Shown: one piece after another, positions 57,039 to 64,000 of the stretch | How positions within the stretch are numbered: position 1 is the stretch's first letter | Layout of the letters: the number at the start of each line of letters is the position of its first letter | Source of the DNA: a bacterium | GTDB taxonomy: Bacteria; Patescibacteriota; Minisyncoccia; UBA6257; GWB1-50-10 | DNA length: 64,000 nucleotides | Reading direction: 5' to 3' | NCBI GenBank assembly: GCA_030647415.1 | Contig: JAUSKB010000026.1 | Coordinates: forward strand, 74,894 to 138,893 | The notes under the pieces: generated by a model | Seen by the model: only the letters and a program-made list of their open reading frames with translations | Database searches by the model: none | What the model was told of the DNA's origin: nothing | Made by a program: the position numbers and the translations under genes

Positions 57039-58802
57039 ATGAAGTTCTCCATCCCTAAAGCCTACACCCCCTCTCCCGACGACCTGCCGAGCGTCATCGC
57101 GCCTGCGGGTGTCGAGGTGAATCCGTCGCACCTGAAGCTTGGCGACTACCTCGTGAAGACCTTCTTCATCTTCACCTACCCGCGGTACCTCACCTCGAGC
57201 TGGTTCTCGCCCATCATCAATCTGACGGAGATGATGGAGATCTCGATCTTCTTCCACCCGATGGACACCGCGACGGCGCTCCGGGACCTTCGGAAGAAGG
57301 TGACGCAAATCGAGGCGGAGCTTTCCGAAAAGGAGGAGAAGGGGCTGGTGCGGGACCCGCAGCTCGAGACGGCGTACCAGGACGTGGAATCACTCCGCGA
57401 CTCGCTCCTCCAGGCGCGCGAGAAGCTGTTCTCGGTCGCTGTCTACATCACTCTTTACGGGAGGAACGCGGACGACCTCGAGAAGGTCGCGCAGGCGACG
57501 CAATCCCTCCTTGAGTCAAAGCTGGTGTATATGAAACCGGCGCTCTTCCGCCAAATCGAGGGATTTACCTCCATGCTTCCCATTGGACGCGACGTGCTGG
57601 AAATTCGGACCCCCTTGAACTCCGGCCCCGCCTCCTCGCTCTTCCCCTTCGTCTCGCCGGACCTCTCGTCGGACAAGGGAATCCTGTACGGCGTGAACCT
57701 CCACAACAACTCGCTTGTCATCTTCGACCGCTTCTCGCTCGAGAACGCGAACTCGGTCATCTTCGCAAAATCCGGTGCTGGAAAATCGTTCACCGCGAAG
57801 CTCCAAATCCTCCGGTCGCTCATGGTCGGCACGAACGTCATTGTCATCGACCCGGAGAACGAGTACCAGAACCTTGCGAACGCCATCGGCGGCAGCTACT
57901 TCAAGATCTCTCTCACCTCCCCGAACCATGTGAACCCGTTCGACATCCCCCTTATGCCCGCGGGGGAGGAGCCGGCAGACGTCTTCAAGTCGCACGTCCT
58001 GAATCTCACTGGCCTCGTGAAGCTCATGCTGGGCGCCATCACGCCGGAGGAGGACTCACTCCTCGACCGTGTTATTACCGAGACCTATGCCTCCCGCGAC
58101 ATCACCGCGGCGACCTTCGGCGAAGCCAAGGAAGAGCTGAATCCACCCCTCCTCGAGGACCTGCAAATTATTCTCCAGAACACCGAGGGCGGACAGGGAA
58201 TGTCCCAGCGCCTTGAGAAGTTCGTGCACGGCTCGTACGCCGGGTTCACGAACGCGCCGACGAACGTCGACATCAAGAACCGGCTCATCGTCTTTTCGAT
58301 GCGCGACCTCGAGGAGGAGCTCCGGCCGGTCGCGATGTACATCATCACGAACTTCATCTGGAACCTCATCCGCTCGGAGTTGAAACCCCGGCTCCTCATG
58401 ATCGACGAGGCGTGGATCATGATGAAGTATAAGGATTCGGCGCAGTTTCTCTTCGGCCTCGTGAAGCGCGCCCGAAAGTACTACCTCGGCATCACCACCA
58501 TCTCCCAGGAGGTTGAGGATTTCCTGAAATCTGACTATGGCCGCCCCATCATCACGAACTCCTCCATTCAGCTCCTGATGAAGCAGTCGCCGACCTCCAT
58601 CGAGGCGGTCGCGAAGGCGTTCGACCTGACCGAGGGGGAGCGGGAGCTCCTCCTTGAGGCGGGGATCGGCGAGGGGCTCTTCTTCGCGGGATTGAAACAC
58701 GTCGCCATTAAGGTGGTCGCCTCATACACCGAGGACCAGATTATTACTACCAACCCGGAACAGCTGCTGGAGGCGAAGGGGCTCGGGGGACAGAAGACAT
58801 AA
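57039..58802 (+). CDS. VirB4-like ATPase
   Basis: AKSGAGKS Walker A, IDPENEY, IDEAW Walker B, RARKY. Confidence 0.9.
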   Translation: MKFSIPKAYTPSPDDLPSVIAPAGVEVNPSHLKLGDYLVKTFFIFTYPRYLTSSWFSPIINLTEMMEISIFFHPMDTATALRDLRKKVTQIEAELSEKEEKGLVRDPQLETAYQDVESLRDSLLQAREKLFSVAVYITLYGRNADDLEKVAQATQSLLESKLVYMKPALFRQIEGFTSMLPIGRDVLEIRTPLNSGPASSLFPFVSPDLSSDKGILYGVNLHNNSLVIFDRFSLENANSVIFAKSGAGKSFTAKLQILRSLMVGTNVIVIDPENEYQNLANAIGGSYFKISLTSPNHVNPFDIPLMPAGEEPADVFKSHVLNLTGLVKLMLGAITPEEDSLLDRVITETYASRDITAATFGEAKEELNPPLLEDLQIILQNTEGGQGMSQRLEKFVHGSYAGFTNAPTNVDIKNRLIVFSMRDLEEELRPVAMYIITNFIWNLIRSELKPRLLMIDEAWIMMKYKDSAQFLFGLVKRARKYYLGITTISQEVEDFLKSDYGRPIITNSSIQLLMKQSPTSIEAVAKAFDLTEGERELLLEAGIGEGLFFAGLKHVAIKVVASYTEDQIITTNPEQLLEAKGLGGQKT

Positions 58803-58868
58803 GATAAAAACAATTTCCAAGTCCCAATTTCTAATTTCTAAAAATACTAAGAAAAAGGATAGATATAT

Positions 58869-59432
58869 ATGGACGAGCACAAAAAATTCACCGAGGCGGA
58901 GATGCTCGTGGGGGTGCTCCTCCTCACCCTCCCCGTTGACGCGCTCTCCTTCCTCATCGACTGGACCGGGATTGGTCTCGCGATCGCACCGATCATCCAG
59001 AGCGCAGCGATGTTCGGCATCTGGTTGTGGCTCCGCTCGAAGGGGGACACGGCGTCCGTGAAACTCGGGAAACAGCTTCTGCGCTACCTCTCAAACCTCC
59101 TACCGCTTTTGCCGACCGTCACCATCGTCTTCTTGATCGAGGTGTACCTCCACAATCATCCGGAAACCAGCATCGCGAAAGTAGCGCAGGGGGTGAATGC
59201 GGCGAAGGCGGGAATGGGTGCGACCGGAGGCGCCGCCGCGCGCCTCAAGGCCGCCCGAACGGCGTACCGCGAGGCGCCGGTGGATATGAAACAGATCGAG
59301 GCAATGGAGCGAGCACGGGCTGGAGCCCGCCCGGCAGTGCGCCACAACGTACCGTCGCCAGCCGGAAATCCCGCTCCGGTTCAAACTACCTCGTCGGAGG
59401 AGGCTGATGATAAAATTCGAATGGCCGCATAA
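58869..59432 (+). CDS. Hypothetical membrane protein
   Basis: Three hydrophobic segments, LLPLLP motif. Confidence 0.7.
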   Translation: MDEHKKFTEAEMLVGVLLLTLPVDALSFLIDWTGIGLAIAPIIQSAAMFGIWLWLRSKGDTASVKLGKQLLRYLSNLLPLLPTVTIVFLIEVYLHNHPETSIAKVAQGVNAAKAGMGATGGAAARLKAARTAYREAPVDMKQIEAMERARAGARPAVRHNVPSPAGNPAPVQTTSSEEADDKIRMAA

Positions 59433-59461
59433 GGGTCTGCTTCGTGATACAATAGGGGTGT

Positions 59462-60151
59462 ATGGATTTCGCGCGCCACGTCGTATCGCTCGCTATTCTC
59501 GCGGGGATCCTCGGAACACTTACGTTCATTCCCGCACGAGCCCAAGAGCCACCACAAGCGTCCGGGTTGAATCTCATCCTCACCTGGGAGGCGGAGGTTT
59601 TCTCGCCGCCCAGCTACCGCGGCAGGAGTATCCCCCCGCCCGGCGGAGCGGCGGTGGTGATGCTTGCGGCGACGGACGGCCGGGGGGCGCTCACTGACCT
59701 CTCACCGTACCGGATCACCTGGTCGCGCGGCGGAAAGTTCGTGGAGGGCGGGACGGGCCTCACCACCCGCTCCCTCACCCTCGGCGCGAGCCCAAACCGG
59801 GAACTGGTGCGCGCGTCGGTCTACGGCTCGACCGGAGACCTCGTCGCGGAGGTGTCAATGATTATCCCCACGGCAAAGCCACGCATCGTGCTCTCCCCAG
59901 AACCGGCGGCTGAAAATCCAGGGTTCATTCTCCTCCGCGCCCTCCTCCTCTCATTCAGCGTCCCTGATATCGAGGACATCACCGTGTCTTGGGACGTTCC
60001 CGGGGGGGCGCCGGGCGACTCGTTCGACACCTTTTTCGTTCCCGCGGTTCCCAACCTATCCGTTGTGGGATCTGTCACCGCGCGGAACCCTCAACGGGTG
60101 CTCGAGTATGCGAAGCAGTTCATTAAATTGCCCTATGCGACATTCGAGTAA
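59462..60151 (+). CDS. Secreted Ig-like hypothetical protein
   Basis: Signal peptide ARA, LTWEA...PPSYRGRSIP motif. Confidence 0.7.
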   Translation: MDFARHVVSLAILAGILGTLTFIPARAQEPPQASGLNLILTWEAEVFSPPSYRGRSIPPPGGAAVVMLAATDGRGALTDLSPYRITWSRGGKFVEGGTGLTTRSLTLGASPNRELVRASVYGSTGDLVAEVSMIIPTAKPRIVLSPEPAAENPGFILLRALLLSFSVPDIEDITVSWDVPGGAPGDSFDTFFVPAVPNLSVVGSVTARNPQRVLEYAKQFIKLPYATFE

Positions 60152-60596
60152 AATTTTCTGGCTCGCGCTCCCCGCGCTCCTTCTAGTCGCATCGCAGGTC
60201 GAGGCGCGCGCGGGCTTCCTCGGCGCCTCATCCACCGAGGATTTCATCTCAAAGCTCTACACCTACAGCATCGGGTTGGGCGGCCTCCTCGCAGTCGGCG
60301 CGATCGTCACGGGCGGCATCCTCATCGCGACCTCCGGGGTCGTGAACAAGCAGCAGCTCGGCCGCGACCTCATCGCCGGGGCGCTCTGGGGGCTCGCCCT
60401 CCTCTTAGGCGCCTATTTCCTTCTAAAGACCGTAAACCCGCAACTCGTTAAATTGAAAGTGCCCGGCATCACACTCTGCACTGGCACCCAAACACCGGAG
60501 CGCGACGGGTGTCTCAAGGCCTGCGTTCCGCGCGAGAACAAGATCCCCGGCGTCGAGTGCTACCCGACGGCGGCAACCACGACTCCTCCCATCTAA
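60135..60596 (+). CDS. VirB2/TrbC-like pilin with Cys-rich tail
   Basis: GGI...SG......GR..I.GAL.GL......Y..L.TVNP; 4 Cys. Confidence 0.75.
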   Translation: MRHSSKIFWLALPALLLVASQVEARAGFLGASSTEDFISKLYTYSIGLGGLLAVGAIVTGGILIATSGVVNKQQLGRDLIAGALWGLALLLGAYFLLKTVNPQLVKLKVPGITLCTGTQTPERDGCLKACVPRENKIPGVECYPTAATTTPPI

Positions 60597-60615
60597 CATC
60601 TCCACTATGATGCGT

Positions 60616-60715
60616 CCCGTTAGAAATCTAACGCTTATGAAACATCACGCGAATCACCACAGAAACTGCACATCAGCCGTGTCGGCGGCTGGAACCAATC
60701 CAAATTTCTAACGGG
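60616..60715. repeat. 100-bp inverted-repeat element copy 13 (cccg variant)
   Basis: atgcgt-cccgttagaaat ... atttctaacggg-atgcgc. Confidence 0.85.
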
Positions 60716-61927
60716 ATGCGCCTCTGGATAAAAATCGCTCTCTTCTCGATCCTGCTCGTTGTAGTCGGCGTTGGTGTCTACTTCGCGCTCTCAAATCGCG
60801 GACCGGCTATCGTCGAACTGCCTCCGGGCGGGAGGGGTCCCGGCGGCTTTCCCATCCCGTATGCGAGCGGCACTCCGGGAGCTGGCGGATCTGGTGGAGG
60901 CAGCACTACATCAACCGTGCCAGAGAGACCGGAAACGCCCGCTCCAGCCGAAGTCAGCGTTACGCCGATCTCCGACCACCCGGTCTTCGACTTCTGGATG
61001 AACCCGGCGACCAGTGAGGTGTTCTACCTCGCGGCGGACGGTAGGGTCTTCCGGGAACGCGACGGTTTAGATGAGGCGCTCTCAAGCGAGGAGTTATATA
61101 ATCTCATCTCGGTCGAGGTATCCACCGACCGGCAGCGTGTGCTCGTATCGCTCGGTGCCACACATGCTCCAGAGTGGCGTATATTCGACATACTCGACCG
61201 CGCCTGGCGCCCCCTGCCGCCGGGAATTGTCGCCGCCACCTGGGGGTCCAGACCGGACCGCATCATTGCCCAGGTGAGCCGCCCCGCCGAGTCGCGGAAG
61301 CTCGTCGAGGTGGACCTCTCCCGCCCCTCGTTTCCCGAGACGGCGCTCGTGGCGAACTTCGAGCTATTGAACGTCTCGCTCCACGCCGTGCGGCAAAACA
61401 CCCTCCTCATAACCGAACAACCGTCAGAGAAAACGAACGGTCGGGTCTGGAACTTCGATCTCACGAGGAAGACGCTTTCCCTGCTCTTCACTCCCTCGCC
61501 GGGGCTTATGGTATCCATTCCGAGGAACGGCTCGGTGGGGTTTCTCTCTATGTCGCCTCGGGAGTTCCAGATCTTTTCGTTCGGCGCAGGCATCCAGCCG
61601 CTCGCCGCGGTTCCCTTCAGGACCTTCCCGCAAAAGTGCGCCCTCGCCGCGAGCACCACCCTCTGCTTCGCCCCCGTCCGTTTCACCGGGCTTCTCTCGT
61701 CGCTCTCCCTCCCCGACGACTGGCTCTCCGGCGCGGCAATCGCGACGGACCAGCTTTTCCGCACGAACCTCACGGACGGCGAGACGGACCTCATGTTCTC
61801 GAGTGGCGAGACGGACCTCCCGGCACTCGACGCGGTCCGCGTCGAGGCGGCTGCGAATGACCTCTATGTTTTAAACCGGCGCGACCGGACGCTCTACCGC
61901 GTCACCATGCCCGCACAAACCCCATGA
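60716..61927 (+). CDS. Membrane-anchored beta-propeller-like protein
   Basis: N-terminal TM, Gly/Pro linker, beta-rich body with TFPQKC. Confidence 0.7.
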   Translation: MRLWIKIALFSILLVVVGVGVYFALSNRGPAIVELPPGGRGPGGFPIPYASGTPGAGGSGGGSTTSTVPERPETPAPAEVSVTPISDHPVFDFWMNPATSEVFYLAADGRVFRERDGLDEALSSEELYNLISVEVSTDRQRVLVSLGATHAPEWRIFDILDRAWRPLPPGIVAATWGSRPDRIIAQVSRPAESRKLVEVDLSRPSFPETALVANFELLNVSLHAVRQNTLLITEQPSEKTNGRVWNFDLTRKTLSLLFTPSPGLMVSIPRNGSVGFLSMSPREFQIFSFGAGIQPLAAVPFRTFPQKCALAASTTLCFAPVRFTGLLSSLSLPDDWLSGAAIATDQLFRTNLTDGETDLMFSSGETDLPALDAVRVEAAANDLYVLNRRDRTLYRVTMPAQTP

Positions 61928-62961
61928 AGCGCATCGGTATTATATTTGTGCTTTCTGCCGCGCTTGGTGTCTCACTTGCGCCCGCCGTCGCCATCGCGCG
62001 CTCGCTCACGAACCCCATCTGGGATGGGCGGTACCCGGTCTCCTGCAATGTGGGGGGATCACCGTGTACCTTCTGCGACCTCCTGAAGGTGGGCGCGAAC
62101 ATTATTGACACCCTGACCCTGCTCGTCATTCCCATCGGCGCCGCAGTCATCGTCTACGGCGGCTTCCGCATCATGACGGCCGGGAGCTCGCCAACCGGTC
62201 TTTCAACTGGAAAAGAGGCGATGAAGATGGCGGGTATCGGCATCGCCATCTCCCTCTCCGGGTGGCTCATTGTGAACACCGTCTTCTCCCTCCTCTCGGG
62301 CGGCGGGTCCCTGACCGCCATCCAGTGCCCCGCGGGCGATATATTCACCAGGGTTCCCTACATACCGGTGGGCGCGGACTGCAGCAGAATCAAGCTCTCA
62401 ATGTCAGGCGATACCCCTCTCGGCACCGTCTGGACGGTGCAGGATGCCACCGCGCGCGGCTACTCACCGACTACCTGGTGCAAACCTGAAAAAGTGGGTT
62501 CAAACCTGATTACAATTCAGAGTGAAATCTCCTGGCTTCAAGAAACAACAAGCCGCAGTATTACACCAAACTCAGCCTTTCGCCCAAAGTCATACCAGAA
62601 ACACCTCCGAGAGGTATGGGATGCGAAGCAACTCCTCACCGAGATTCCCACGCTCACCGCAAACTGTGCCGCCGACGCAGCAATCGTAAACTCGGAGTTC
62701 TCACGCCACGGACTCAATTCGAGAGTGTCTGATGAGGGTAGCAGCCCCCACGAGCGCGGCTACGGCGTGGACCTTTCGATCGGCGGATGCGGAAACGCAA
62801 ATTTTACAGGACAGTGCTCAGAGCTCTACGACAGAATTGATACAATCCTAAAGAGCACGCAGGACAACCATATACCAAAACTCAAGTGGAACAAGATTCG
62901 GGGAGACGAGGTACACTTCGACCTTCTCCCGACCCAGCGGCAGGAAAACAGGGGGTGCTAG
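61924..62961 (+). CDS. Pilin-like membrane protein fused to M15-family (D,D-peptidase-like) domain
   Basis: CTFCDL, GGFRIMTAG pilin core; SAFRP..YQ, SPHERGYGVD (HxxxxxxD), EVHF. Confidence 0.75.
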   Translation: MKRIGIIFVLSAALGVSLAPAVAIARSLTNPIWDGRYPVSCNVGGSPCTFCDLLKVGANIIDTLTLLVIPIGAAVIVYGGFRIMTAGSSPTGLSTGKEAMKMAGIGIAISLSGWLIVNTVFSLLSGGGSLTAIQCPAGDIFTRVPYIPVGADCSRIKLSMSGDTPLGTVWTVQDATARGYSPTTWCKPEKVGSNLITIQSEISWLQETTSRSITPNSAFRPKSYQKHLREVWDAKQLLTEIPTLTANCAADAAIVNSEFSRHGLNSRVSDEGSSPHERGYGVDLSIGGCGNANFTGQCSELYDRIDTILKSTQDNHIPKLKWNKIRGDEVHFDLLPTQRQENRGC

Positions 62962-62979
62962 CGGCATAACTCACAATAA

Positions 62980-63111
62980 ACAACCTACAACAAACAACGG
63001 AATACACTGAACCGCCCTCATGGGGGCGATCCGTGTTGTCGGCCACTACGTTTTCGGTTGAGGCTCCGACTCTGTGTGTGGCAGATATCAGAGTTGTTGG
63101 TTGTAGGTTGT
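62980..63111. repeat. Inverted heptamer arms (caaccta/caacaaa type)
   Basis: acaacctacaacaaacaac vs gttgttggttgtaggttgt, 18/19 complementary. Confidence 0.8.
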
Positions 63112-63114
63112 CGA

Positions 63115-63546
63115 TCACTCCGGAATCTGCTTCACAACCACCCGGCGCTCCTTGCCCTCGCCAGCGCTTTCGGTCTTCAGCGTCGGGTGCGCGGCGATCT
63201 CCACATGCACCAGCCGGCGCTCGTAGGCATTCATCGGCGGGAGCTCCACATCCTCTTTCGTCATAGTCGCCCGCTTCGCGGCGGCGCGCGCGAGCTCGGC
63301 GATCAACCGTTCGCGTTCCTTCCGGTAGTAGTTCAGGTCAATAACAAATGACTGCTTCCCTTCCCGGCGCAAGATGAGGTTGAAGATGTAGTCGAGCGAG
63401 GTGACGAGCGTCGAGAGGTTCGCGCGCACCACATCGTCATCGAGCACGATGGAAACCCGCCGGTGCTCTTCGTCCACGGTGACCTTCGCTTCGCGGCACT
63501 GGAGGTGTCCGACGATTATATTGAATTTTTCGATGATTTGCTTCAT
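63115..63546 (-). CDS. Jag/KhpB-like KH-R3H protein
   Basis: IDLNYYRKER, LPPMNAYERRLVH, ESAGEGKERRVV; downstream of yidC. Confidence 0.88.
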   Translation of the reverse strand: MKQIIEKFNIIVGHLQCREAKVTVDEEHRRVSIVLDDDVVRANLSTLVTSLDYIFNLILRREGKQSFVIDLNYYRKERERLIAELARAAAKRATMTKEDVELPPMNAYERRLVHVEIAAHPTLKTESAGEGKERRVVVKQIPE

Positions 63547-64000
63547 ATGTCTTTTATCCTTTTTCTTTTATCTTTTGGGTCTGCTGTCTGCCTGTCCATC
63601 GCGCGGTTAATATACACCTGTTGCACCACCGAGAAAAGTGTGGAAATGAGCCAGTAGAGCCCCAAGGCCGCGGGGAGGTTCATGAGTACGACGACGGTAA
63701 GTATCGGTCCCACAATAATCATGACCTTCCCTACTGCAGCGGCGCTGGACTTCGCGGGTGTGGTCTTTGGTGGTATTGAAAGCTTTCCTTGGAGGTATTG
63801 GAGCGCGGCGGCAATTAGTATGATTGGAATGCTCTTCGCGCTTAGGTCAACAAACCCAAGTAGAGTGTGGGTAGCGAACACCGTTCCAGCAAGCTCGCGA
63901 CTGAAAATTTGGAAGAGCGCAAAAAAAATCGGCAACTGGAGGATGAGGAGAAAGATGCTCGAGAATGGGTTTAGTTTGTGCTCTTTATAGAGCGCCATGA
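63543..64000 (-). CDS. yidC: Membrane protein insertase YidC (5' truncated by window)
   Basis: LYKEHKLNPF...QLPIF, PAALGLYW...QQ. Confidence 0.9.
   Translation of the reverse strand, partial: MALYKEHKLNPFSSIFLLILQLPIFFALFQIFSRELAGTVFATHTLLGFVDLSAKSIPIILIAAALQYLQGKLSIPPKTTPAKSSAAAVGKVMIIVGPILTVVVLMNLPAALGLYWLISTLFSVVQQVYINRAMDRQTADPKDKRKRIKDI

Noticed and set aside
824-60715. 100-bp elements as a CRISPR array or integron attC sites
   Set aside because: Repeats are inverted and dispersed, not tandem direct. GTTAGA precedes TCTAAC, the reverse of attC order, and no integron integrase or cas1 is present.

Overview
64-kb chromosomal segment of a small-genome bacterium, by gene content most likely Patescibacteria/CPR (Parcubacteria-like; this is an inference). 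Core genes: holA-like, yraN, ftsH, glyA, folD, recA, ftsK, rpsA, gyrA with a mini-intein, rpsO, pnp, comM, rsmA, jag-like and yidC. There are three tRNAs, including Ile with a UAU anticodon, and a VirB4/VirB6/PrgI/pilin surface-apparatus cluster. The most unusual signal is a set of small palindromic elements that the genes do not explain. (1) Thirteen copies of a fixed-length (97-102 bp) element with co-varying terminal inverted repeats (CCTGTTAGA...TCTAACAGG) and non-conserved interiors. One copy is nested in another with a 6-bp duplication, several abut start codons, and one lies beside an internally deleted Xer-type recombinase. (2) Inverted-repeat hairpin cassettes at operon gene junctions, either loaded (four-helix-bundle or GxxExxY gene) or empty. 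(3) A 27-bp palindromic unit inserted in frame into proteins in several frames, often nested in a second palindrome. (4) A PaaX/Cas2-like gene bracketed by inverted palindromes. (5) tRNA end duplications. Also present are six orphan transcription units with near-consensus sigma70 promoters and mostly GC-rich terminators, one encoding a porin-like protein. No transposase, reverse transcriptase or CRISPR array was seen. All calls were made by eye, without database searches.
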